Of a DNA stretch of 64,000 nucleotides, positions 9,810 to 22,650 are shown one piece after another. How positions within the stretch are numbered: the stretch's first letter is position 1; each line of letters opens with the position of its first letter. This stretch comes from Vulcanimicrobiota bacterium (GTDB lineage: Bacteria > Vulcanimicrobiota > Vulcanimicrobiia > Vulcanimicrobiales > Vulcanimicrobiaceae): the NCBI GenBank assembly GCA_963723515.1, contig CAVRQT010000003.1, forward strand, positions 992,001 through 1,056,000, given 5' to 3'. The notes under the pieces were generated by a model. The model was not told the DNA's origin, searched no databases, and was given only the letters and a program-made list of their open reading frames with translations. Position numbers and translations under genes: made by a program.

Positions 9810-12800
9810 ATGAAGCGTCTTCTCTGGCCGGCTCTGCGCCAACTGAACGGCGACCCGCTTGCCTTAGGCAGGGCCGCGCAATCCGAGCATTCTGAAACGC
9901 TGGAGGCGCGCACGAAAAACGCCGACCGCGTCGTCAAATCGGTTTGTCCGTACTGCGCCGTTGGTTGCGGACAGAACGTCTACGTGAAAGACGAGCGCAT
10001 CATTCAAATCGAAGGCGACCCGAATAGCCCGATTTCGCGCGGGCGCCTCTGTCCCAAAGGTTCCGCGACGCGCGAGCTCGTTACGAGCCCACGACGCGAA
10101 TATCACGTCAAATATCGGCGCCCGTATGGAACGCGCTGGGAAGCGTTACCGCTCGAGCGCGCGATCGACATGATCGCCGATCGCGTGATTGCCACCCGGG
10201 AACAGACATGGGAGGATCGGACGCCCGACGGCAAGCTGCTCAACCGCACGATGGGGATCGCCAGTCTCGGCGGCGCGACGCTCGATAACGAAGAGAATTA
10301 TCTGATGAAAAAGCTCTACACGGCGCTCGGCGTCGTGCAGGTCGAAAATCAGGCGCGTATATGACATAGCTCGACCGTCCCCAGTTTGGGGACCTCATTC
10401 GGCCGTGGCGGAGCGACGACGTTTCAGCAAGATCTGCAAAACGCCGACTGTATTCTCATCATGGGCTCCAACATGGCGGAGAACCACCCCGTCGGCTTTC
10501 AGTGGGTAATGGAAGCGCGTGAACGCGGGGCAACGGTCGTTCATGTGGACCCTCGGTTCACCCGCACGAGCGCCGTTGCGAATTTGTATCTGTCGATACG
10601 CGCCGGCAGCGACATTGCGTTCCTCGGCGGCATCATTCGCTACATCTTAGAGAATCGGCGCGAGTTCACCGAGTATGTCGTCAACTACACGAACGCGCCG
10701 TTCATCATCGACGAACGCTTCCGCGACACCGAAGATTTGGCCGGCTTCTTCTCCGGCTGGGACGCTTCGAAGAACGCGTATGATGTGGAAAGCTGGCAGT
10801 ACAAAAACATGCCGGTGCATGCGGCTGCGGGCAGGCGCGCGAGAGAAACAGCGGCGGCGGGCGAAGCGACTGGCGGCCACGGTCATCCGATCGCGCACCA
10901 TGATGCCGAATGCGACGAGACACTGCAGCACCCGAACTGCGTCTTTCAGCTGCTGCGTAAGCACTTTGCGCGCTACACGCCGGAAATGGTGTCGCAGATC
11001 TGCGGCATTTCAGCCAGCGAGCTTCGAACGAGTAGCGCAATTGCTGTGCGAAAATTCGGGACGCGAAAGAACGACGGCCTTCGTCTATTCCGTCGGCTGG
11101 ACTCAGCACACCGTCGGCGTGCAATACATCCGCACAGCGGCAATCATTCAACTGCTGCTCGGCAACATCGGACGCCCCGGCGGCGGCATCATGGCCTTGC
11201 GCGGACACACCTCGATTCAAGGTTCGACCGACATCCCGACGCTTTACGATCTTCTGCCAGGGTACATCCCGATGCCGCAAGCGGGCGATCATGACGATCT
11301 GCAAACGTTCATCGAACATAATGCTTCAAAGACGGGTTTCTGGGCACACATGGACGCCTATACGGTTAGTCTGCTCAAAGCGTACTTCGGCGAGGCCGCG
11401 ACCGCGCAGAACGAATTTTGCTTCAGATATTTGCCGCGCATCACCGGCGATCACTCGCACTACCGCACGACTTTCGACATGCTCGACGGCAAAGTCAAAG
11501 GCTTCTTTTTAGCGGGTGAAAACCCGGCCGTTGGTTCAGCGCATGGCGGCTTACAACGACGTGCGATGGCGAATCTTGATTGGCTCGTCGTGCGGGATCT
11601 CGTTGAGATCGAAAGCGCGTCGTTCTGGTATGAAGGGCCGGAAATCGAGAGCGGCGAGCTGCGCCCGGAAGCGATCAAGACGGAAATTTTCTTCCTTCCG
11701 GCTGCCGCGCATACCGAGAAAGACGGTTCGTTCACGAACACGCAGCGCTTGCTGCAGTGGCATCATCAGGCGGTTAAGCCACACGGCGATTGCCAATCGG
11801 ATCTTGACTTCTACTACCATCTTGGCAAACGGATTAAAGAGAAGCTTGCGGAATTCAAAAGAGCCGCGCGACCGTGCGATTCAGGCGCTGACCTGGAACT
11901 ATCCGACCGCTGGCGAGCGGCAAGAAGTTGATGCGCAAGCGGTTCTCGCGGAAATCAATGGCCTCGATGCGCACGGCAAACCGCTTTCGAGCTATTCACA
12001 GCTCACGTCGGACGGATCGACGGCATGCGGATGCTGGATCTACTGCGGCGTTTTCGCGGGCGGACTGAACCGCGCGGCTGCCCGCACGCCCGGCCACGAT
12101 CAACATTGGGTTGCGCCACATTGGGGCTGGGCGTGGCCCGCGAATCGCCGCATGCTCTACAATCGCGCTTCGGCAGACCCGAACGGTCATCCATGGAGCG
12201 ACCGCAAGAAATACGTTTGGTGGGATGCGCAACTCAAGGAGTGGACCGGTTACGATGCGCCCGATTTCGAGCTGAAAAAGGACCCGCAATACGAACCGCC
12301 GCGCGACGCTCGCGCGGAAGACGCGATCGGCGGCGCGGAGCCCTTCATCATGCAAGCCGACGGCGTTGGATGGATTTGGGCGCCCGGCGGCTTGCGTGAC
12401 GGACCATTGCCGGCGCACTACGAGCCTGAGGAATCGCCGGTCAAGAATTTACTTTACGCGCAAAATTGCAATCCGGTACGCCAAAAATTCGAGCGGCCTG
12501 AGAATCCCTACAACGTCCCGGACACTTCGAACGAATTTCCGTATGTTTTCACGACGTATCGGCTAACCGAGCACCACACCGCTGGCGGCATGACGCGCAC
12601 GCTTCCGCACCTCTCCGAACTGCAGCCGGAATTCTTCTGCGAGGTGAGCCCTGAGCTCGCGGCAGAATGCGGCCTGGAAAACGGTGGCTGGGCGACGCTG
12701 GTCACATCCCGTGCGGCAATAGAAGCCCGGGTGCTCGTCACAAAGCGCATGAAACCGCTGCGCATCGGAGAGCGGATCGTGCATCAGATCGGCGTGCCTT

Positions 12801-12940
12801 ACCACTGGGGCTACAAAGGCATCTCGGTCGGCGATAGCGGCAACGATCTTCTCCCGGTCGCGCTCGATCCAAACGTGCACATCCAAGAGGCCAAGGCGGC
12901 GACATGCGACATCCGTCCGGGACGCAAACGGAACGCATGA
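9810..12940 (+). CDS. fdhA: Selenocysteine-containing formate dehydrogenase alpha subunit (Mo/W-bisPGD); Sec at TGA 10362-10364; frameshifts near 11025 and 11850
   Basis: CPYCAVGCG and LCPKG; ENQARI-U-HSSTVPSLG; MGSNMAENHP, EKDGSFTN and TYRLTEHH motifs. Confidence 0.93.
10377..10393 (+). promoter_or_regulatory. Bacterial SECIS hairpin
   Basis: GTCCCCA-GTT-TGGGGAC stem 12 nt downstream of the in-frame TGA. Confidence 0.75.
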
Positions 12941-13788
12941 GTTTCCAAACGCTGACCTCAGCGAATGCGGAGATGGCGACCTACGATCTGACGGGCGAGC
13001 GCATGGGGTTTTTCACCGATACGACGCTGTGCATCGGATGCAAAGCGTGCGAAGTCGCTTGCAAAGAGTGGAATCAACTGCCCGCGGACGGCTACGAGTT
13101 CACCGGACAGTCGTACGACAACACCGGCGCGCTCGGCGCCACGACCTGGCGTCATGTCGCCTTCGTCGAGCAGTTCGACGGCGAAGCAAAGGATCTGGTC
13201 GCGCCGCTTTCTTTCGAAGGCGACCGCTGGCTGATGTCATCCGATGTTTGCAAGCACTGCACCCATGCTGCCTGTCTCGACGTCTGTCCGACCGGCGCGC
13301 TGTTCCGCACGGAATTTGGAACGGTCGTGGTGCAAGATGACGTCTGCAACGGTTGCGGCTATTGCGTGCCGGCGTGTCCCTTCGGCGTGATCGATCGGCG
13401 CCCCGATACAGGGCGCGCCGCAAAATGCACGCTGTGCTACGACCGCTTGAAGGACGGGCAAACACCCGCATGCGCTAAGGCGTGCCCGACGGAGTCGATC
13501 CAGTTCGGCAAGCTTTCGGAGTTGCGGGAGCGCGCGCAAACGCGTCTGGAAAGAGTTGGAGCGATCAACGCTGGAGCGCGTTTGTATGGCGCGGATCAAG
13601 ATGACGGCGTCGGCGGCTTCGGCGCATTCTTTTTGCTGACCGACGATCCCGAAGTGTATGGATTACCGCCCGACCCGCGCGTAACGACGCGTGATTTGCC
13701 CGCGATGTGGAAAGCTGCCGCATTGGCCGGCGCTGCATTGGCGGCCGCAGTTTTCGCTTCTGCCATTGGATCGCGCGATGACGGCTAA
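12937..13788 (+). CDS. fdhB: Formate dehydrogenase beta (4Fe-4S dicluster) subunit
   Basis: CIGCKACEVAC, CKHCTHAACLDVC, CNGCGYCVPAC and KCTLC..CAKACP; C-terminal TM helix. Confidence 0.92.
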   Translation: MSFQTLTSANAEMATYDLTGERMGFFTDTTLCIGCKACEVACKEWNQLPADGYEFTGQSYDNTGALGATTWRHVAFVEQFDGEAKDLVAPLSFEGDRWLMSSDVCKHCTHAACLDVCPTGALFRTEFGTVVVQDDVCNGCGYCVPACPFGVIDRRPDTGRAAKCTLCYDRLKDGQTPACAKACPTESIQFGKLSELRERAQTRLERVGAINAGARLYGADQDDGVGGFGAFFLLTDDPEVYGLPPDPRVTTRDLPAMWKAAALAGAALAAAVFASAIGSRDDG

Positions 13789-14642
13789 GAGCCGCTCGTA
13801 CTATGGGCGACCGATCCTCAAATCGCATATTTGGAAGGATTACATCGCCGGATATCTCTTCATCGGCGGTTTGGCCGGTGCGAGTGCAACACTCGGCGTG
13901 GCGGCACGCGCAAAAAAGAACGACGCCGCTTGCGCGCAGCTGCACGTTAAGCGCTGCGGGCGGCGCCGCGGTGAGCGCCGTGTTGTTGATCGCCGACCTC
14001 GGTGATCCGGGCAGATTCCTCCATATGCTGCGCGTCGTGAAGCCGACGTCGCCGATGAACGTCGGCACCTGGATTCTGAGCGCATTCGGCTTGGCGAGCG
14101 GCGTCGCGGCTACCGCGGAAATGGCCGGAAAGCACAACGCGATAGCGTCAACGTTGACCGGAATCCTCGGCATTCCACTGTCGACATACACGGCCGTGCT
14201 GATTGCGGACACCGCCACGCCGGTTTGGCACGAAGCACATTCGACGCTGCCGTTCCTCTTCGCGGCCAGCGCGGCGCTTAGTGCCGGTGCATGGAATTCG
14301 CTCTTCGTTTCACACCGCGATGGCGCGATTGCGAGACGCCTGATGGTTCTCGCCGGGATTTGCGAACTCGCCGCGCACCGCAGGATGGTTCATCAATTGG
14401 GATCCTTACTTGGCGAGCCGTATCAAGTCGGCCGCGCGGGACACTATGCAAAGATTGCGCGCGCCTTGACGACGACTGCAGTCGTCACAACCGCAGTTCT
14501 CGGCAAACGCTGCCGTGTCGCCGCGATGCTTGGCTCCTTGAGTGCCCTGGCAGGCGCGCTCTGCGAACGTTTGAGCGTCTTTTATGCGGGAACGCAATCC
14601 GCGCTCGATCCGAAGTACGTCGTTGAAAGCCAGCGCCGCTAA
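13778..14642 (+). CDS. NrfD/PsrC family membrane anchor (frameshift near 13925)
   Basis: SYYGRPILK..W, YLFIGGLAG, LIADLG.P.RF.HML, SPMNVGTW and YTAVLIADTATPVW. Confidence 0.88.
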
Positions 14643-14676
14643 GGGAAAGATTTCTTAAAAGCCAAAGAACGCCGTA

Positions 14677-16417
14677 ATGTCTACGGTCAAAGGCGAGCCG
14701 CGCCCGACGACGCTCGCCGAACTTCGGCACACGGCTGCGCACGTGCTCGCGTATGCAGTGCAAGATCTCTTTCCCGATGCGAAGCCGACGATCGGCCCCG
14801 CAATCGAGAACGGCTTCTATTACGATTTCGAGCGCGCTGAGCCGTTCACGCCCGACGACCTCCTGCGCCTCGAAGCGCGGATGAAAGAGATCATCGCTGC
14901 CGGACATCCGATGGTCGGCATGACGGTCTCGCGCGAACGTGCGATCGACTGCTTTAAAGACAATCCGTACAAAGTTGAAATCGCATCTGAGATTCCGCCG
15001 GATGAACCGATCACGCTGTACACGATCGGCGAGTTTACGGATCTCTGTCGCGGCGGACACGCGCCGTCAACGGCCGACATTGGGGCGGTCAAATTGACGA
15101 ATGTCGCCGGTGCATATTGGCGAGGCGACGAGCATCGGCCGATGCTGCAACGGATCTATGGAACGGCGTGGCCGACGCAAGCGGAGCTCGACGCCTATTT
15201 GGTCTTCCTCGATGAAGCGGCGAAGCGCGACCATCGCAAACTCGGCGTGGAGCTGGACCTCTTCTCGATCCAGGAAGAAGCGGGCGGCGGCCTCGTCTTC
15301 TGGCACCCAAAAGGCACGGTGATGCGCGAAATCGTGCAAGATTTCATTCGGCAAGGTTTGCGCGAGCGCGGTTACGAGGCCGTGGTCACGCCGCACATCT
15401 TTGCCGAGAAGCTCTTCGAGATCTCGGGCCATCTCGAAAATTTCTCCGACAGCATGTACGGGCCGCTCGAGGTGGAGGAGCAGCGCTTTCGATTAAAACC
15501 GATGAATTGCCCGGGCCACATTTTGATCTACAAGAGCCACGCGCATTCATACCGTGAGCTGCCGATCCGGTACGCGGAATTCGGCACGGTATACCGGTTC
15601 GAGCGCAGCGGAACGCTGCATGGAGTGACGCGCGTGCGTGGATTCACGCAGGACGACGCGCACCTCTTCTGCATGCCCGAGCAACTGCAAGGCGAATTCG
15701 AGCAGACGCTCGGCGAGGCGTTGCGCCTGATGCGCGCCTTTGCGTTCAGCGACTTTGAATATTTTCTCTCGCGACGCGAGCCGCATCTTCGCGTCGAGAC
15801 GCGACGCGATCGCGGAAGACGCGATTCGCGCCGCACTGGAGAAATTTGATTTGCCGTACGCGATCGACGAGGGCGGCGGCGCGTTCTACGGTCCCAAGCT
15901 CGACATCAACCTGCACGATGCGATCGGCCGGAAATGGCAGCTCGGCACGGTGCAAGTAGACTTCATGCTTCCGCAGCGCTTCGACGTGAAATATCGCGGC
16001 AGCGACGGCTCAGATCATCGGCCGGTGATGATCCATCGCGCGCTGGCCGGCTCGCTCGAGCGCTTCTTCGGCGTGTTGATCGAGCATTTCGCCGGTAACT
16101 TTCCGGCGTGGCTCGCGCCGGTTCAAGCGGTCATCGCGCCTGTTTCGGAGCATCAATTCGACTATGCTCGGCAGATCGAGCAACAGCTCGCAGGGCAGAG
16201 CTTCCGCGTCGAGCTCGATAGATCAAATGAGAAACTCGGGTACAAGATTCGACATTGGAAGACGCAGAAGGTGCCCTACATCTTGGTCGTCGGGAAAAAC
16301 GAAGCCGCCGCCGGAACCGTTAACGTCAACGAACGCGGTTCTCTGGAAAGCCGCCCGCCGATCAGCGTAGCGGCGTTCGCCGAAGAACTGCAAGAACGAA
16401 TCGAGGAGAAGCGATGA
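14677..16417 (+). CDS. thrS: Threonine-tRNA ligase (frameshift near 15795)
   Basis: LRHTAAH, DLCRGGH, KRDHRKLG, KPMNCPGH, AFYGPKLD and IHRALAGSLERF. Confidence 0.97.
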
Positions 16418-17275
16418 ACTGCCTTCTGCGCGCCGGCGCTATTATTTGCATGCTAGGATTCCTGACGGCATGTCAGGGCAGCTTGAGTTCCGGTCCAACG
16501 CTGCCGTTCACGCCGCCGCCCGGCGGCAATCCGGCTTCTGAAGGGGCGCCTCAGCCGGGCCAAACGTCGGCGCCGATGACAACCGACACGGTGACGTATG
16601 CGTTCGATGCAGCGCCCGACGGTTTTGCATGCCCGCAGAGCAGCGGCGGTTTCAGTTGCGTGCTGCGTTTCAACATGCCGCCTGAGAAGCCCAAAGCGGC
16701 AACGCAAAGCAAGGTCGGCGCCAAACCGCAAACGCCCGCCCCAAGCGCATCGCCGATTTCTCCGCTCGAGAATGCGCTCGCGAACCCGAGCGCGCCGCCC
16801 AGCGCAGCGTCGACGCCAAGCGGACCAACGATGGCTTTGACGATGACGGCGATGCCGAACGACGCCCCGAAGATGGTGATCAACAGCAAGACGCCGATTC
16901 CGACGACGGCGCTGATTCGCGTTATGCTCGTGCCGTCGGAGGACTTCACATTAACCGGCGCGGCGCTCGCGCAATTTACGTTGCCCCAGACGGAAATTGA
17001 AAAGCGGGGATTTGCGGTGCAGCTCTTCACTGAGAACGTGCACGGCAAGAGGCACGATTGGAATCCTGTCGCTGACGATTGCGCATTCATCGCTCGATGG
17101 TGCAACGCTGGCGTTTCGTTTTATGCCGCCGAAGATGACGCTTCCAAAAGATCATCGGTATTTGGCCGTGCTTTACGGTGACGCGCGACCGTCAACGCCG
17201 CCTCCGCCGCCAACGACGGCGCCCTACACGCCCAACCCGTTCATGAGTCCATCGCCTCGGCCGCCGGGGTTCTAA
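16414..17275 (+). CDS. Pro-rich putative lipoprotein, unknown function (frameshift near 17065)
   Basis: Lipobox-like LTAC; coupled to the thrS stop; C-terminus continues in the 16997..17275 frame. Confidence 0.55.
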
Positions 17276-17276
17276 T

Positions 17277-18677
17277 TTGAGCGCCGCCGTAGCGGCGCGG
17301 CCGCTGACGCGCGCAGAACGCAACACCTTCGTCGCCAGCTTCCTTGGCTGGACGCTCGACGCGTTCGATTTCTTTCTCGTCACCTTCGTCGTCGTTCAGC
17401 TCGCCAAAGACTTCCGGCACACGATTCCGCAGGTTGCATTTGCGATCACGGTGACGCTGATGCTGCGCCCGGTCGGCGCGTTTATCTTCGGCTACTTTGC
17501 GGACAAGTACGGACGGCGCGTGCCGCTGATGGTCGACATCGCGTTCTACTCCGTGATCGAATTGCTGACGGCTTTCTCGCCGAATTTCACCGTCTTCATC
17601 ATCTTGCGAGCGCTCTATGGGATCGGAATGGGCGGCGAGTGGGGCGTCGGCTCGGCGCTCGCCATGGAAAATCTGCCTCCGGAGCGGCGCGGCTTTTTCT
17701 CCGGCGTGCTGCAAGAAGGCTACGCGCTCGGCTTCCTTCTCGCCGGCGGCGTCTTCTTCGCAATGTCACATTTCTTCCCGCAGCATACGTGGCGCGCGAT
17801 GTTCGTCGTGGGCGTGTTGCCGGCGTTGCTCGTGCTCTTCATTCGTGCGCACGTTCCCGAATCCGCAGCCTGGCTAGCGCAGCGCGCGTCGGGAAAATTG
17901 AGCGGACCGACGCCGGTACAGGGCTATGCGATCGGCTTGCTCGTTGCGGGGGGCCTGTTCTATCTCGTCTTAGCGTTCGCGCCGGCCTTTACGTGGATTG
18001 CGTTAATCGTCGCGCTTGCGATCGTCGCGTTTTCGATCGTCCGGTTCACGAAGAGCGGCGAAGGCTCGCGAAATTGGCCGCTATTTTTGTATGCTGTGTT
18101 GCTGATGGCGTGCTTCAACTTCATGTCGCACGGCACGCAAGATCTCTACCCGACGTTTCTGCAGAAGCAGCACGGCTTCGACTCGGGCAAGGTGTTCTTG
18201 ATCAACTCGATTGCGAACATCGGCGCGATTCTTGGAGGCATGCTGTTCGGCGCGGTCTCGCAGCGAATTGGGCGGCGGCTTGCCATTACGGTGGCAGCGA
18301 TCCTCGGTATCTTGATGATTCCGCTTTGGGCATTTTCAGCAACGCTCGTGCTGCTGGCGGTCGGCGGTTTCCTGATGCAGTTCATGGTGCAAGGCGCGTG
18401 GGGCATCATTCCCGCCCATTTGAACGAACTGTCGCCATCTGAAGCGCGCGGCACGTTTCCCGGCTTCGTCTACCAATTCGGCAATTTCTTATCCGCGGGC
18501 GCGGCGCAGATCGAAGCGCAATTCGCGACGACGCGCTTTGCGCTCTCGAACGGCAAGGCGGATTACGCGCACGCGATGTCGGTCATCGCGGTCATCGTCT
18601 TTGTGGCGGTAATCTTCTTCACGTTGATCGGCAAAGAAGCGCGCAACGTCGTGTTTGGCGCGCCCGCCACTCGATGA
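17277..18677 (+). CDS. MFS transporter (sialate/carboxylate:H+ symporter, NanT/Jen1-like)
   Basis: GWTLDAFDFF, ADKYGRR, GMGGEWG, NFMSHGTQDLYPTFL and IPAHLNELSP. Confidence 0.92.
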   Translation: MSAAVAARPLTRAERNTFVASFLGWTLDAFDFFLVTFVVVQLAKDFRHTIPQVAFAITVTLMLRPVGAFIFGYFADKYGRRVPLMVDIAFYSVIELLTAFSPNFTVFIILRALYGIGMGGEWGVGSALAMENLPPERRGFFSGVLQEGYALGFLLAGGVFFAMSHFFPQHTWRAMFVVGVLPALLVLFIRAHVPESAAWLAQRASGKLSGPTPVQGYAIGLLVAGGLFYLVLAFAPAFTWIALIVALAIVAFSIVRFTKSGEGSRNWPLFLYAVLLMACFNFMSHGTQDLYPTFLQKQHGFDSGKVFLINSIANIGAILGGMLFGAVSQRIGRRLAITVAAILGILMIPLWAFSATLVLLAVGGFLMQFMVQGAWGIIPAHLNELSPSEARGTFPGFVYQFGNFLSAGAAQIEAQFATTRFALSNGKADYAHAMSVIAVIVFVAVIFFTLIGKEARNVVFGAPATR

Positions 18678-18691
18678 GCGCGCAGTGACTC

Positions 18692-18896
18692 GTGTCACCA
18701 TTGAGCTGTCGGGATGTCGACATCGGGCAACGGCTTCGTCAGCGCTCGCTCAGGCAAGCTCAATGTGACACAGTGGACCATGCTCAGCATGATGAACGGT
18801 CATCGCGTTGTCAGCATTCGCCAACGACGGTGGCGCTTCGACAGGCTCAGCGTGACACATATTCTCGTGGCCCTTCGACAAGCTCAGGGTGACAGG
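18692..18896. repeat. REP-like hairpin repeat cluster
   Basis: Copies of CTTCGACA(A/G)GCTCAG(C/G)GTGACA, e.g. 18836-18857 and 18871-18894. Confidence 0.8.
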
Positions 18897-18922
18897 TGAA
18901 CGATCTCGAAACTGAACGCGCT

Positions 18923-19943
18923 GTGCTGATTCTTGGGATTGAGACCTCATGCGATGATACGTCGGCTGCCGTTGTGCGCGACGGCGCGGCACGTGCTTTC
19001 CAACGTCGCTACGAACCAAGATGAGTTCCACAAGAAATTCGGCGGAATCGTGCCGGAAATCGCGAGCCGGCAGCATGTCGCGCTCCTCTCGGCCGCGGTT
19101 GAAGACGCCGTCGATCGCGCCGGCGTCTCACTCGACGACATCGAGGCAATCGCCGTCACCAAAGGCCCCGGTTTGATCGGAAGCCTCGTTGTCGGCGTTG
19201 CACATGCCAAGGCGCTGGCGTTTGCGCTTGAGCGACCGCTCTACGGTGTCAATCACTTGCACGGTCATATCTTTGCGGCATATCTCGATCGCGACGAAGA
19301 GCCGCAGTATCCGCTCCTCGTCTTGCTCGTTTCCGGAGGACATACGCAACTGGTCGCCGTGCACAGCGCCGTCGAGATGGAGATCCTCGGGCGAACCCGT
19401 GACGATGCAGCCGGTGAGGCCTATGACAAAACGGCGCGGCTTTTGGGGCTTGAGTTTCCCGGCGGCCCGCAACTCGATCGGCTCGCGCGCGATGGCGATC
19501 CAACCGCAGTTCGCTTTCCGCGACATCGAGCGGCGGGAGATTCGCTCGACATGTCCTTTTCAGGGCTCAAGACATCGGTGCGCTACTATCTGGAATCGCA
19601 GATCGAAGGGTTGGGCGCGCCCGCGTGCGACGTTGCCGCTTCGTTTCAAGCAGCGGTCATCGACGTGTTGATGGACCGTGTGCGAAAGGCATGGGAACGC
19701 GAGGCATATTCGGCGGTGATTGTTTCCGGCGGCGTTGCTGCAAACTCGGCGCTGCAATCCGAAATGAAGCGGTGGGGCCGAGCCGGCAATATTGCGGTCT
19801 TGATTCCGCCGCCCAAGTACTGCACCGACAACGCCGCGATGATCGCCGCGGCGGCGTACTATCAGGGCGAAAGCGTTCGGGCCGACCCGCTTACGCTGAC
19901 GGCCGACCCGAATCTGCCTTTCGAGATTCCGCTTCCCGTCTAG
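18923..19943 (+). CDS. tsaD: tRNA N6-adenosine threonylcarbamoyltransferase (frameshift near 18985)
   Basis: ILGIETSCDDT, GGIVPEIASRQH, NHLHGH, VSGGHT, DDAAGEAYDK and CTDNAAMIA. Confidence 0.95.
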
Positions 19944-22548
19944 CCGCCCGTCGGCGTCACCGGAACGACGGAACGTGTTTCAAGCGCCCGGCCCAGGTCG
20001 GCGTTGAGCGCTTCCAAATGGGCGCGCGTCAGCAGATCGAGATGGCCGCCTCTGAGCGCAACGCGAACATCGCTGCGAACCTGCCCGAGTTCGTGGCGCG
20101 CCAACGCCTGAGCGTCCGGCGGCGTCCCCTTTGCGGGCGCATTCGCGAGCCGCGAAAGCAGCTGTGCGTAGTTGCGTTGCAAGTTGCGATGCACGAGCGT
20201 CATCGTTGCCGGATGCGACAGATCGCCGTACACGCTGGATTGCATCCATTCGAAGAGATCGGTTAGGCCCATTGTCTTGTGGCCGTACACGCTTGACATG
20301 TCATCGAGCCGCTGCAGCATCGTCGGCGAGAAGAAATTGCTGTAAATCGACGATTGCAGTGAGGCGGCCAGCACCGATGCCGAAACGCCGTGGAGCGGCG
20401 GCGGATTATAGCCCCAGTCGCTCTCCCGCTCGGTGTAAACTAACTTGTTCATGAGCGACGGTGAGAAATTCCAGGCCCGCGACGAGAAAACGTAGCGATC
20501 CAGCCCTGCAAAGGCACGCCGCTGCTGCGCCAAAGGAACGTAGCTCAGCGGCGCCGCTGCATGCGGATCGCCGCGATGCGCACGCGAGAGGTACTCGCCG
20601 CCGATGTAGTGTGCGAGAATGCGAGCGCAGACCGCATAGTGGCCGACCAAACGTCCGAAGGCCACGCGCTCTTCTTCGTACGGCTGCTCGACTGTCGGAA
20701 ACCGGCGATCGAGGGTGCCGATCAAGCCATGCGCCATGTTCATCTGCGTCTGGCACCATGAAATGTTGTCGTTTGTGAGATCCCATTGAGCGACGCGCGG
20801 ATCGACGGCATGTCCGCCGAGCCACTCCACATCTTCATCCGATGCAAGGCGGTAACGCGGATTCGTCCATTGCGACGCCCATCGGTCGAGCGTCGGCTTC
20901 TCTTGATCCGGCGAGTGCGCGCCGGCAATGCGGCCATAGCCCCATTGAATGACGTGGTAATCGTATGGGCCGAGCACTGTTTGGAAGTAGTCGCCGTTCG
21001 GCGTTCCCTTCGGCCAGAGATTCAGGGGCGAATATTCCATTACGCTGGTCGCGACACCGTACTGGCGCGTGAACGTTTTGCTCTGCAGTTGCTTTGCGGT
21101 ATAGGCTTCGGAGCCGATGAAGTTATGCATGAGGCCGAAGTCATGGCCCGATTCATGCAAGACGATCGACTTTAGGAAATCGTACGAATACGCTTGCGGA
21201 ATTCGGTCGGCATCGAGTCCGTTCATCAATGAGAGCGCCAGCATTCCATAGGCGTATTGCTCCTGAGCGGCGCTCGCGTAATAGGGATCCGTGAAGTGGC
21301 CGCGCACCGGCGCTGCCCGCTCCGGCTGCGCCAAGTCAAGATATTCGAGCTTTCCGCCGCGCATGAGATCGCTATCGATCACAATCTGCGACCGGAAGAT
21401 CTGTCCGGTGTAGGGATTATAGAGGACCTGCGCTTCCGCAAAGCCGCCGCTATTCGATTCAGAGAGCCAGCGCACAACGTTGTAGCGGATGTCGTCCGGA
21501 TCCCAATCGGATCGTTCGGTTGGTCCTTGACCACGACGGCATTCGATATGCCGACCCGCGCGAACGCGTGGTTCCATGTCAGAATCGCGTCTCGGATTGC
21601 GCCGCGATATTGCTCCGGGATCGTGTTGCTCAAGTAGTACACGATCGGCGTTTTCGCCGGTGACATACGCGCCGTCGGATCCGACGGCTGAACGTCCCAA
21701 CGCAGAATGTAGTGCACGCGATTGTCTCGGCGGTAGTCGCGCGAGAAGTCGACATGTGCGTTGTCCCAGTAGCCGACCCGATCGTCGAAGATTCGCGGCA
21801 TGTAATTCGGATCGGCCGGCAACTCGGCGAGATTATAGTGCACCTTAATTTGCACGCTCCGCGGATCGGGTACCGTGTCGATGACCGCCGGCTTAAACGA
21901 CGCAAACGTCTGATCTGCCTCGATCAAGACGTTCTTCGGAAATGCTTTCGCGGGACCGAAATACGTTCGGTCGGGATCGAGCCGGTAGTTCGTCCGCGGA
22001 TCTTGCGGATCGGCAATCGATTGATTGAGGACGTCGGTCATGTCCATGACGTCGCCCAAGAGCCCCGAGACGTCAAAGACGACGTTGCCGGTCAGCGGAT
22101 CCACAGACATCACTTTGGCAACCGTCACGACCGAATCGGGCGTTGAAGCGCGCACGGAGTTCGCAATCGGCGTATCAGGCGTCGCCATAAAGCGCGTATG
22201 CGGCCAGATGATGGCGACGGTTCGGTCGCTCGTCCGTAAGAAGCGCACGATGCGCGCCTCCTGCCAATCGGTCTGACCGGAGGTGACGAAGTACCCGCCC
22301 AGCCCATTGATCGGCACGGCCGTTTCCACAAAATCCTTATTGAATTGGTCCGGCCGCAACTCCAAGGCCACACGGCCGTTGTGCTGCCAGACGGTGAAGA
22401 GGCCATGCTGCGGCTGCTCCATCTTTGCGAAGAGCGCGTACGGCACGAGGCCGCTGCTCTCTGCGTCCGATTGTGCGAACGCAGGTGCCATCGCGGCAAG
22501 AAAAACAAAAAGACACGCGCTCCAAGCGCGGACGAACTTCAGCTCCAT
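19940..22548 (-). CDS. Secreted zinc-dependent metalloprotease (DUF5117/DUF4953-type; frameshift near 21510)
   Basis: Signal peptide; PRIFDDRVGY; HESGHDFGLMHNF zincin motif; SVMEY Met-turn. Confidence 0.88.
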
Positions 22549-22650
22549 TGCTCTACCTGGTTCCTCAGTACAAGCAATCTTCTCTACCAGTATGCGCCTG
22601 CACTGGCTTGAAATGTCATCAAAACGGCCTCAAAAGGCCACTTTGAAGCG

